A program made the translations under genes and the position numbers. DNA of 64,000 bases from assembly GCA_964436855.1 (NCBI GenBank), contig CAYTED010000004.1:67627-131626 (forward strand). Direction: 5' to 3'. Source of the DNA: an uncultured Bdellovibrionales bacterium. Its GTDB lineage: Bacteria > Patescibacteriota > Minisyncoccia > Moranbacterales > UBA1568. Position 1 is the first letter of the stretch, and every line of letters begins with the position of its first letter. This document shows, one piece after another, positions 1 to 7,690 of the stretch. The notes under the pieces were generated by a model. It ran no database searches. It saw only the letters and a list, made by a program, of their open reading frames with translations, and was not told the DNA's origin.

Positions 1-22
1 AAATTTGTGAAAACATACCCAT

Positions 23-1099
23 TCAACACTCTCGCTTCGCCATATATTCGGCCACTCCGGAAAAAAATTCATAGGACTCCCGAGGAATTTCTTTCTCGAG
101 AATACGGAGCGCCTTCATTCCGGTTTCAATAGAGTCATTCGCGATCGATCGAACCTCTTCAAGCGCGCCGGTTTCGAGAAGTTTCCGTCGAAACCACTCG
201 GCATCCGCGTCGGTCAACGCGGCTCCTTTTCGCAAAAGTTCCGATGCGTATTTTGCATCGGATCGAGAAAGTCTCTCAATCAGTGTCGCCACAAGAAGCG
301 TCATTTTCCCTTCCCGTAAATCCGACGCCGAAGACTTTCCCGTTCGTTCCGGTGATCCGAAAACGCCCAAGATATCATCCTGAATCTGAAACGCGATCCC
401 GATCGGAAGAGCGTATCGTTCAAACTTTTTCAACAAAGCGGGTTTTCCTCCGGCAAGAAGAAAACCGAGTGCGATCGGCCCCTCGAGAGTGTACTTCGCC
501 GTCTTGTATTCATACATTTTCAGAATATCGTCTCGAGACGCTTTTTTCCGATATTCGAAATAAACATCCTTCGCCTGACCGATCACCGTGTACGACACGA
601 TTTCTTGCAGTTTCGAAAGCGCCCGAAACACGCGCTCGTTCGGAAAACCGGATCGGAAAATAATATCGTTTCCAAACGCTCCCAACATATCGCCGATAAT
701 AATCGCGATAGAGTTTCCAAAATGTTCGGCATCCGTCTCGGGAAAATATCTCTTCGCAATCGCACGGTACCGCTCGTGAATGGTTGGAACACCGTGTCGA
801 ACCGTGTCGCGATCCATAATATCATCGTGGATGAGCAAAAAAAGATGGATCAATTCCACGCTCATCGACGTTTTGAGGATACGTTTCCGATCCGTACCGC
901 CCGCCGCAAGATACGCATAGTAAAGAAACGCCGCGCGCAGACGTTTTCCGCCGGAGAGCGCGATCTCTTCGACCGCCCGAAGCGCATCGGCCACGAATCG
1001 GTCGTGTTTTCCCGCCTCTTGTATGGCCGAGTCAAGATAGGCTTCAATTTTTGGATCAAGAGTCTTTTTGAATTCTTCGAGTGTCTTCCGAATATCCAT
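23..1099 (-). CDS. Polyprenyl diphosphate synthase (GGPP synthase / IdsA family)
   Basis: GGKRLR, first Asp-rich motif LIHDDIMD, GQ..D, YKTAKY, second Asp-rich motif FQIQDDILG and DLREGK. Start set at ATG 1099 (MDIRK). Confidence 0.93.
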   Translation of the reverse strand: MDIRKTLEEFKKTLDPKIEAYLDSAIQEAGKHDRFVADALRAVEEIALSGGKRLRAAFLYYAYLAAGGTDRKRILKTSMSVELIHLFLLIHDDIMDRDTVRHGVPTIHERYRAIAKRYFPETDAEHFGNSIAIIIGDMLGAFGNDIIFRSGFPNERVFRALSKLQEIVSYTVIGQAKDVYFEYRKKASRDDILKMYEYKTAKYTLEGPIALGFLLAGGKPALLKKFERYALPIGIAFQIQDDILGVFGSPERTGKSSASDLREGKMTLLVATLIERLSRSDAKYASELLRKGAALTDADAEWFRRKLLETGALEEVRSIANDSIETGMKALRILEKEIPRESYEFFSGVAEYMAKREC

Positions 1100-1180
1100 A
1101 CGCAAACCAAAAAACAACAATGCACGAATTGTAGCAGAAATAAAACAAAAAACAACAAACGTCTCCGATCGAAAACAAGA

Positions 1181-1906
1181 TCAGTTGCGCTCGTCCGGAA
1201 ACACAAAAAACTCTTGATACCGGCGATAGAGCTCAAGCGTTGCCCGCAAATCCCGCGCGTTGTATTTGGCAATTTCTTTATACCGTCCCTCCTGAAACAG
1301 CCGACGCACATCGTCCCCCGTTACACCCTGCGCCTTCGGACTCTCAGTTCCGAACGCCCGTGTCCAGAGATGCAAACTTCCCTTCCGTCGCACCGCTCCA
1401 TAAAAAGACAGCTGATCCAAAAGATCAACATGCTTCGCGTTCCACGGCATATAATTCAAATACCGATTCGCAAGAAGATTCTTCGTCGGCTTGATACCGT
1501 GCACCGCCGAGCGTGTCCAGAGGAACGGCACATCGAATCCGCGCCCATTGAACGTAACAAACGTATCGTACTTAAGAGCAATCTGCCAAAATTTCTCAAG
1601 CATCTCCTTCTCGGAAAGCGCCTCGTATTTGCAATTCTCTTCCTCGAAATCCGTATCCTCCGTATTTGCCGGCTGATAATACACCGCCGCTTTCTCGCGT
1701 TCCGCATCAAGGACACCAATCGCGACAATCTGTCCCGTCAGCGGCGAAAACCCGAGTCCGTCCTCCAAGTCCTTAAGCGCCATCTCGTACTCGTCCTCGC
1801 TGTATGATTCACGCTTCATCCAATGGGTGAGATTTTCTTTCGTCGTCTCATCCATCGCCGAAAAATCCTCCCCGACTGTCTCGATATCGAAAATAAGAGT
1901 GGCCAT
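1181..1906 (-). CDS. PolB-like 3'-5' exonuclease (RNase H-like DEDDy domain), stand-alone
   Basis: ExoI FDIET, ExoII TFNGRGFDVPFL and ExoIII YNARDL motifs. Confidence 0.88.
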   Translation of the reverse strand: MATLIFDIETVGEDFSAMDETTKENLTHWMKRESYSEDEYEMALKDLEDGLGFSPLTGQIVAIGVLDAEREKAAVYYQPANTEDTDFEEENCKYEALSEKEMLEKFWQIALKYDTFVTFNGRGFDVPFLWTRSAVHGIKPTKNLLANRYLNYMPWNAKHVDLLDQLSFYGAVRRKGSLHLWTRAFGTESPKAQGVTGDDVRRLFQEGRYKEIAKYNARDLRATLELYRRYQEFFVFPDERN

Positions 1907-1937
1907 AGGTCAATGAAAATTACTGTGTAGCCCGTAT

Positions 1938-2172
1938 CGGAGCACACCTCGAACTCCGAATGGTAAAACCCGGGGAGAGACTCCGGCAGAAATTCGGAAT
2001 CTTGGAAGCATCATCTCCCGCCTCCTCTACGAGGAAGCGCGCGAGGAGACAATTTGAAAAAGAGGTGAGAAGGATATATGTCGTTTACTCCTCTCTTTCG
2101 AAACGTCGACGAGTCCGAAACAAGGCACAGGGAGATGCTTCCAGAGTTTCGGGCGCCTGAACAATTGCTCCG
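1938..2172. ncRNA. Candidate structured RNA of unknown class
   Basis: Nested complementary segments: CGGAGCA 1938-44/TGCTCCG 2166-72, TGGAAGCATC 2003-12/GATGCTTCCA 2134-43, TCCGAAT 1955-61/ATTCGGA 1992-98, plus internal hairpins. Fills an intergenic gap. Confidence 0.45.
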
Positions 2173-2197
2173 TGTGATATTTCGAACAAGAAGATTC

Positions 2198-2539
2198 TCA
2201 AGCGCGAGCGGAAGAGAGGGGTTTCAATCCGAGATGCTTTTCGATGCGGACAACGCGCTTCTCGACGGCGGAAGTGTGTTGGTAATTTCCGTCGACTTGG
2301 TTTTGGGTGCGATCGTCAATGCGGGTCACCTTGCAATCGAGGTCTTTGACTTGAGTGTCGAGACTATCGACTTTTGTTTCCAGAACATCAAAACGGCTTT
2401 CGAGACTATCGACTTTTGTTTCAAGAGAATCAATCCGACCATTCACAGACCGGAAACCAACACCCATCTGTTCATGGACACGATCAAATTCTCCTTTGAT
2501 CATCGCGGCAAGTTCATCGACGGTGATTTCGTTTGACAT
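2198..2539 (-). CDS. Small heptad-repeat coiled-coil protein
   Basis: 113-aa ORF with repeated xDxLExx heptads. Exact 23-bp direct repeat at 2358-2380 and 2400-2422 (period 42 bp). Ends IEKHLGL. Confidence 0.75.
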   Translation of the reverse strand: MSNEITVDELAAMIKGEFDRVHEQMGVGFRSVNGRIDSLETKVDSLESRFDVLETKVDSLDTQVKDLDCKVTRIDDRTQNQVDGNYQHTSAVEKRVVRIEKHLGLKPLSSARA

Positions 2540-2728
2540 AGCTTCAGGTGAATATTGTTTCGTTCCTTTTCAGCTTACTCGTTTTGATTATCTTGTCAAA
2601 GAGAGGGTATGCGTGAGAAATGCGGGTGATAGGAGGTGAAAAGGTGCTGCCCGAGCAACACGGGGAAACCGCTTGTGGGAGGAGTAAGTCAGATACCGTG
2701 GTGAAAACGTGCCAATCTGGCAACAAAG

Positions 2729-2800
2729 TAGCCCTAAGGGGAATCGAACCCCTCTTTTCAGGATGAGAACCTGATGTCCTAGCCGATAGACGATAGGGCC
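2729..2800 (-). tRNA. tRNA-Glu (CTC)
   Basis: Minus strand GGCCCTATCGTCTATCGGCTAGGACATCAGGTT-CTC-ATCCTGAAAAGAGGGGTTCGATTCCCCTTAGGGCTA folds as a cloverleaf. Confidence 0.95.
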
Positions 2801-2819
2801 ATGCTTCAATTTTCAAATG

Positions 2820-2890
2820 CAGGGGAGGAAGGAATCGGACCCTCGCTAGCGGATTTGGAGTCCGCTGTTCTACCACTAAACTACTCCCCC
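2820..2890 (-). tRNA. tRNA-Trp (CCA)
   Basis: GGGGGAGTAGTTTAGTGGTAGAACAGCGGACT-CCA-AATCCGCTAGCGAGGGTCCGATTCCTTCCTCCCCTG. The T-loop is atypical (TCCGATT). Confidence 0.92.
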
Positions 2891-2896
2891 GTTATT

Positions 2897-3553
2897 TTAT
2901 AATATCTCAGTCAGCTTCTTTATAATAAACATTAATTCCTTATAAATCCTAATATCTGAATACGTAACACTTACACAGCCCTGATAATTTTCTTTTTTAT
3001 TTTTTCCAGAGTTTTTCTTTTGGTATGACTTATGAAATTGCTCAACAGGAATACTTGTTACAGCTGACCAAAATCTAACCTGCTCTTCAATATTATGATA
3101 CTCATGCACATGAACAAGCGCTCTAAATTTTTTCTCGTCAAGATCAAAAGAGTCTCTAAACACTCGAAGGAAATATTTTATCATTACTGGATCCGCATTG
3201 ATAAAAGATACCGAAGCATTGCCATTATACTTTGACCCCTCACCCCAATAGAGCAACGCGCACGCAATACGAGAATCAATTCTCTGAGATCGAGAAGTAA
3301 AATATTCTTCTACTTTTCTTGCTATTTCCACATCCTCTGCTACTCTCTTTGCTTTATTTGTTTCAACCGCCTTCTTTCGTCCATTGACACCCAAATCACG
3401 TATCCTCTTCTGAGCTTTTCTTGATAACTTTACATCTCTCAACCACAAGCTTGTCGTGCTTTTTGCAATGCCCAACTGATCGCTTATCTCTCGAAAAGAA
3501 TATCCCTGTTTGCGAAGGGCGATCGCTTTCTTCTTTTCACTTCTTTCAAACAT
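2897..3553 (-). CDS. HTH + LAGLIDADG-like domain protein
   Basis: N-terminal HTH (GYSFREISDQLGIAKSTTSLWL) and LAGLIDADG-like helix ACALLYWGEGSK followed by SVSFINAD. Visibly more AT-rich than its neighbours. Confidence 0.75.
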   Translation of the reverse strand: MFERSEKKKAIALRKQGYSFREISDQLGIAKSTTSLWLRDVKLSRKAQKRIRDLGVNGRKKAVETNKAKRVAEDVEIARKVEEYFTSRSQRIDSRIACALLYWGEGSKYNGNASVSFINADPVMIKYFLRVFRDSFDLDEKKFRALVHVHEYHNIEEQVRFWSAVTSIPVEQFHKSYQKKNSGKNKKENYQGCVSVTYSDIRIYKELMFIIKKLTEIL

Positions 3554-3609
3554 AGACCATGAATACTAGTTATTCAACTAGTATTCATTATATCACAAAA
3601 ACAAAGAAT

Positions 3610-3771
3610 TTATTTCCCCTCCGTATGAGTCGTGTGCTTCTTGCAAAATTTGCAATGCTTTTTCAGTTCGAGCTTTTCCTTCACCTTTTTCTTGTTGCGC
3701 TGGGTATAGTAAGTAATCCGACCACATTCGGAACACTTCATCTTCGCCATATTGTCTTTAATCTGTCCCAT
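3610..3771 (-). CDS. rpmG: 50S ribosomal protein L33 (zinc-ribbon type)
   Basis: CSEC...YYTQRNKK...LELKKHCKFCKKHTTHTE. ATG at 3771. Confidence 0.95.
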   Translation of the reverse strand: MGQIKDNMAKMKCSECGRITYYTQRNKKKVKEKLELKKHCKFCKKHTTHTEGK

Positions 3772-3868
3772 AGTATTCTCTCTCGATAAATTCAATAACT
3801 CCGGCATTGTACGGAAAAAAATCTTTTTCGTCAACCGCCCATCGATCTTTCCAAAAAATACACCAACT

Positions 3869-4066
3869 TGAGCCGTTGACCGGGATTTCACATCTCCGCC
3901 AACTGGCGGATCTTCATAGGGCTTCCGCCCTCTGACGCTTCGCTGTCACCCCAAACGGGAAACTTCCGTTTCCCGACCCCTTCCCCGTTCAATCCCATCC
4001 ATCCCCTTTGCTTGGTATTGCCACATTCACTATCCATTTCATTCTTCTGAGCCGTTGACCGGGATT
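3869..4066 (-). mobile_element. Mini-element bounded by a 19-bp duplication of the tRNA-Thr(GGT) 3' end
   Basis: TGAGCCGTTGACCGGGATT occurs at 3869-3887 and 4048-4066. The 160 bp between carry several hairpins. Confidence 0.6.
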
Positions 4067-4122
4067 GAACCGGTGACCTCGTCATTACCAATGACGTGCT
4101 CTACCAACTGAGCTACAACGGC
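4050..4122 (-). tRNA. tRNA-Thr (GGT)
   Basis: GCCGTTGTAGCTCAGTTGGTAGAGCACGTCATT-GGT-AATGACGAGGTCACCGGTTCAATCCCGGTCAACGGCT. Confidence 0.96.
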
Positions 4123-4149
4123 GTATTCAAATAATTCTTCAGTTGATTC

Positions 4150-4374
4150 TTAATAAATCGTCGCTGAACCAGATTTCAAAAATTTCTCTCTCCCAAGGGC
4201 ATCAAATGTATTTCGGTACATTTCACAATAAATAATTCGCCAACTACCCTCTATCTTTTTTGTATAAGCAGACTTCTTGTGATTGTGTTTATGCAACCTT
4301 CTATTGATATCAGTAGTAAATCCACTATACCAACTTTGATTCAATAAATTTTCCAAAATGTAAACGTAATACAT
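4150..4374 (-). CDS. Small GIY-YIG nuclease family protein
   Basis: MYYVYIL...WYSGFTTDINRRLHKHN...YCEMY...ALGREKFLKSG. AT-rich, 74 aa, possibly short at the C-terminus. Confidence 0.85.
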   Translation of the reverse strand: MYYVYILENLLNQSWYSGFTTDINRRLHKHNHKKSAYTKKIEGSWRIIYCEMYRNTFDALGREKFLKSGSATIY

Positions 4375-4418
4375 ATCGACTGCGCCGCGTGATCGACGAG
4401 CTTGACTGTTTTTCTTCC

Positions 4419-4494
4419 CGTAAAATCATCTACGAAAAACGGAGATGATCACGAGACGCTTCAACACCACTCACTAGAAGCTCGTGATTTTACG
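4419..4494. repeat. Branched palindromic (REP-like) element between tRNA-Tyr and the GIY-YIG gene
   Basis: CGTAAAATCA 4419-28/TGATTTTACG 4485-94, ATCATCT/AGATGAT, ATCACGAG/CTCGTGAT and GCTTC/GAAGC. Confidence 0.6.
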
Positions 4495-4497
4495 CGG

Positions 4498-4580
4498 TGG
4501 GTAGGGAGGGATTCGAACCCCCGTAGCCCGAAGGCGAGAGATTTACAGTCTCTTGTATTTGACCGCTCTACCACCTACCC
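4498..4580 (-). tRNA. tRNA-Tyr (GTA)
   Basis: GGGTAGGTGGTAGAGCGGTCAAATACAAGAGACT-GTA-AATCTCT, long variable arm GCCTTCGGGC, then GGGGGTTCGAATCCCTCCCTACCCA. Confidence 0.96.
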
Positions 4581-4669
4581 ATTTACTCTCAACTCATTAA
4601 TGAACAAGTTGCGAATAAAAGAATTTTCATTCGTTCATTCGCAATCTGTTAAAATATAATTTCCAATTG

Positions 4670-4741
4670 AGCCACCTCTCGGATTTGAACCGAGGACCAA
4701 CGGTTTACAAAACCGCTGCTCTACCACTGAGCTAAGGTGGC
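4670..4741 (-). tRNA. tRNA-Thr (TGT)
   Basis: GCCACCTTAGCTCAGTGGTAGAGCAGCGGTTT-TGT-AAACCGTTGGTCCTCGGTTCAAATCCGAGAGGTGGCT. Confidence 0.96.
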
Positions 4742-4798
4742 TTTCTGACAAGACATAAGAACACCGTATCATATCAACCACCGAACTGAAAAGAGTTC

Positions 4799-5653
4799 CT
4801 ACCCGCGCTCCTCGATCATCCGTTCAAGTCGACGAATCTTCATTTTCACGGAACGATGCACCGGGGAGAGCTTGAGCACCTGTTTATAACAAGACTTCGC
4901 GTCATTTACATTTCCCATCTCGAGATAGAAGTCTCCAAGCGCTTCATACGCCGACACGCTTTTCGGATTGGCGGCAATTTTTTTGATCAACGCGTTTTCT
5001 CGAAGCGCATTTTCGCGATCACGCTCACGCTTCTGTTCAAGTTCCTCGGGAACCGCCGCCGCCTCCGTTACCATCGGGCGCGAAGAAGTCGCCTCCGTGT
5101 CCGTTTGCGTTTCTTTTGGTACCGTATCCGGCAAAGCGGTAGAACGATCAACCGGCGATGCAGCCGAAGTCTCCGGATGCGTATTTTCGCTTTGAAGATA
5201 CGACTCGAGACTTTTTGAATCCACCTCCTCGAGTTTTTCCTCCGTTAATTTCCTTCGGCGCGCAAAAAACGGAAAAGCTGTTTGTTCTTTTTGAGGAAGT
5301 TTTTTTTCTGCAGGCACATCGCTTGACCCCGCCTGTTCCCTCGTAGGCTCTGTCGTTTCGATCTTTCGCTCAAGGAGACTCTTCCGTTTTCGTTTGATCC
5401 CCTGACTCGCGGAATGAAACGCATTATGCGCCCGGAGCGAAAGCACTTTGAGCACGTGTGTCGCCCGATCCAAAAACTGAAGTCCGTACTGACGAATCAC
5501 CCGAAGAATCGCCGATCCGGATTCGTCGGAACGACGCGAAAGTGATTCCATACGCTCAAGAACGGACGGTTCCGAGGCTCTCTTTGCGAGAAACCAAACA
5601 AGAAACGCCATCAAGAGAACGACAATAAAAGGAGGCGCGATAAGATACCACAT
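4799..5653 (-). CDS. Membrane-anchored protein with C-terminal TPR
   Basis: N-terminal TM helix (MWYLIAPPFIVVLLMAFLVWFL), low-complexity linker and TPR AYEALGDFYLEMGNVNDAKSCYKQVLKLSP. Confidence 0.8.
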   Translation of the reverse strand: MWYLIAPPFIVVLLMAFLVWFLAKRASEPSVLERMESLSRRSDESGSAILRVIRQYGLQFLDRATHVLKVLSLRAHNAFHSASQGIKRKRKSLLERKIETTEPTREQAGSSDVPAEKKLPQKEQTAFPFFARRRKLTEEKLEEVDSKSLESYLQSENTHPETSAASPVDRSTALPDTVPKETQTDTEATSSRPMVTEAAAVPEELEQKRERDRENALRENALIKKIAANPKSVSAYEALGDFYLEMGNVNDAKSCYKQVLKLSPVHRSVKMKIRRLERMIEERG

Positions 5654-5696
5654 AGATTCCCCCGAATCCGGGAAACAAACATTTCCTTCGACTGAA

Positions 5697-6281
5697 TTAC
5701 AATTCGAACCGAACAAACCCTCCAACTTGAATATTCTCACCGATCTTCTGAATTTTTTCGGTAAGCAATTCTTCAACCGTTTTCGACGAGTCTTTCACGA
5801 ACGCCTGCGTAAGAAGCGCGTGCTCTTCCCGATACCGCTTTTCTTTCCCGATCAGAATTTTTTCCGCAATTTCCGCCGGTTTTCCTTCGCGGGCCGTTTC
5901 TTCTTGCCAGAAAACCTTTTCCCGCTCGATTTCTTCCGCCGGCACATCGTCCGGTTTGACATATTTTGGATTCATCGCCGCGATCTGCATCGCGAGGTCG
6001 CGTCCAAGCTCTACAAATTCTTCATTACGCGCGACAAAATCCGTCTCGCAAAGAAGTTTCACAAGCACGCCGACTTTCCCGTTTGAATGCACGTACGACG
6101 CGACGACTCCTTCTCCCGCTTCACGGTCGGATTTCTTTTCCGCTTTCGCCTTCCCCTTGAGACGAAGAATATCGATCGCCTTTGCCTCGTCGTCCCCCGC
6201 TTCCTCAAGCGCCTTCTTGACATCGACAATGCCCGCGCCGGTCTTCTCGCGAAGCGCCTTTACTTGTTCGAGTGTTGCCAT
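5697..6281 (-). CDS. tsf: Elongation factor Ts (short form)
   Basis: VKALREKTGAGIVDVKKAL, LLCETDFVARN and IGENIQV. Directly follows rpsB. Confidence 0.97.
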   Translation of the reverse strand: MATLEQVKALREKTGAGIVDVKKALEEAGDDEAKAIDILRLKGKAKAEKKSDREAGEGVVASYVHSNGKVGVLVKLLCETDFVARNEEFVELGRDLAMQIAAMNPKYVKPDDVPAEEIEREKVFWQEETAREGKPAEIAEKILIGKEKRYREEHALLTQAFVKDSSKTVEELLTEKIQKIGENIQVGGFVRFEL

Positions 6282-6310
6282 ATTTTTTTCTTTTTTTGAA
6301 AGTTATCGTT

Positions 6311-7075
6311 TTACTTCCCCGAAACGGCGTCCCGAACTTTCTTCCCCAGAAAGGAAAAGACGGCGTGAAGCGAAGAAATCGCGTCATCATTTGCGGGAAT
6401 CGGGTACTCAACAAGCGACGGATCGGCATTCGTATCGACAATCGCCGCAACCGGAACGCCCATCCGAGACGCTTCACGAAGCGCGAGTCCGGCCTCTTTC
6501 GCATCGGCAATCAGGATCGCTCCGGGCATTTCGCGCATTTCCTTTAATCCGCCCATTTTCTTTTCCAATCGTTCAAGCTCTTCGTTCTTTCTCGCGAGTT
6601 CGAATTTCGTCAAATGCTTGTATTCCCCGCGTTCAAGTTTGGCAAGTTCGTCTTTCAGGTATCGTGCGCGCTTTTCGATGCACGAAAAATTCGTAAGCGT
6701 CCCGCCAACCCATCGGTCGATCATAAACAAAAGACCGAGCTTCCCGGAAAACTCACGCACGATATCATGAGTCTGCTTTTTCATGCCGACCACAAGAAGC
6801 GGCTTTCCGCTTTTCGCCACCTGGGCAAGAAATTTCGCCGCGGATTCAAGCAGCGGAACGGTTTTCTCGAGATCGAGAATATCAATATTCTTCCGCGTCG
6901 TAAAAACATACGGCTTCATTTTCGGATGTCTCCGTGAAGAAAGGTGCCCAAAGTGAACACCGCTCTTCAAAAGCGCCTCGAGGTCAATCTTCGCCTCATC
7001 AAACTGAAACTCCGGAACAAACCGGTCATTCTTCATCGCTGTTTCGGCCGCGACCGCCGTTTGCGTCGTTTCCAT
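6311..7075 (-). CDS. rpsB: 30S ribosomal protein S2
   Basis: LLKSGVHFGH, RWVGGTLTNF, IVDTNADP and IPANDDA. Confidence 0.97.
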   Translation of the reverse strand: METTQTAVAAETAMKNDRFVPEFQFDEAKIDLEALLKSGVHFGHLSSRRHPKMKPYVFTTRKNIDILDLEKTVPLLESAAKFLAQVAKSGKPLLVVGMKKQTHDIVREFSGKLGLLFMIDRWVGGTLTNFSCIEKRARYLKDELAKLERGEYKHLTKFELARKNEELERLEKKMGGLKEMREMPGAILIADAKEAGLALREASRMGVPVAAIVDTNADPSLVEYPIPANDDAISSLHAVFSFLGKKVRDAVSGK

Positions 7076-7286
7076 AGACTTTTTATCCTTAATAAATTAC
7101 ACCTACGTCCTTCTCAAAATCCCCAAAATTCCGAACGTTCGGAACAGGAAAGGGGGAGAAAAAACGTATGAATGATTGCCCTTCTTTTCGAAGGAAAAAC
7201 AACGGAGGGAGTATAGAAGAGAATCGCCCTCTTGTCAATTTTCTTTTTTCATGCTAACCTGTGAGGCATCCTCATATTTTACGTTT

Positions 7287-7568
7287 ATGAAAAAAGATAT
7301 TCACCCGGAATACCACGAAAAAACGACTATCACCTGCGCCTGCGGAGCCGTCTTTGAGACCGGCTCAACCGTAAAAGACGCAAAAATCGAAATCTGCTCG
7401 CAGTGCCATCCGTTCTATACCGGAAAGAAAAAATTCATAGATACGACCGGACGTGTCGATCGTTTCAAAAAACTCACCGAGCGTGCCAAAACTGCCCGCG
7501 AAGAACATCACTCAATCCGAACCAAAAAAGCCTCTCGAAAAGCGGCTGCCGAAAAAACCGAAAAATAG
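7287..7568 (+). CDS. rpmE: 50S ribosomal protein L31 (zinc-binding type)
   Basis: MKKDIHPEY...CACG...[13 protein letters not shown]...DTTGRVDRF. Confidence 0.97.
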   Translation: MKKDIHPEYHEKTTITCACGAVFETGSTVKDAKIEICSQCHPFYTGKKKFIDTTGRVDRFKKLTERAKTAREEHHSIRTKKASRKAAAEKTEK

Positions 7569-7590
7569 ATTTCATCTCGCTGATGCGCCG

Positions 7591-7620
7591 TCCCGCCCCT
7601 TTTCGGGCGGGATTTGTGTT
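7591..7620 (+). terminator. Intrinsic terminator / hairpin after rpmE
   Basis: TCCCGCCC-CTTTTC-GGGCGGGA followed by TTTGTGTT. Confidence 0.6.
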
Positions 7621-7690
7621 ATAAATGAAAGGGGCAATATATACCGAATTAACGTCCCCTTCTCTGTCATTCATTATTCGCTCTCTGCAT

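Noticed and set aside
605-1807. 400-aa + strand ORF and similar long antisense ORFs (35584..36447, 37249..38046, 47699..48463, 48541..49680)
   Set aside because: They are shadows of well-supported minus-strand genes and have no motifs of their own.
2100-2121. GACGAGTCCGAAAC resembling a hammerhead ribozyme core
   Set aside because: The required CUGANGA box and stem II are absent.
2078-2536. 152-aa + strand ORF with an SD-like upstream sequence
   Set aside because: It is mostly antisense to the coiled-coil gene and its start lies inside the structured element. Not called, though not strictly excluded.
2544-2876. ORFs overlapping tRNAs (also 3888..4091 and 4402..4659)
   Set aside because: They are translations of tRNA sequence.
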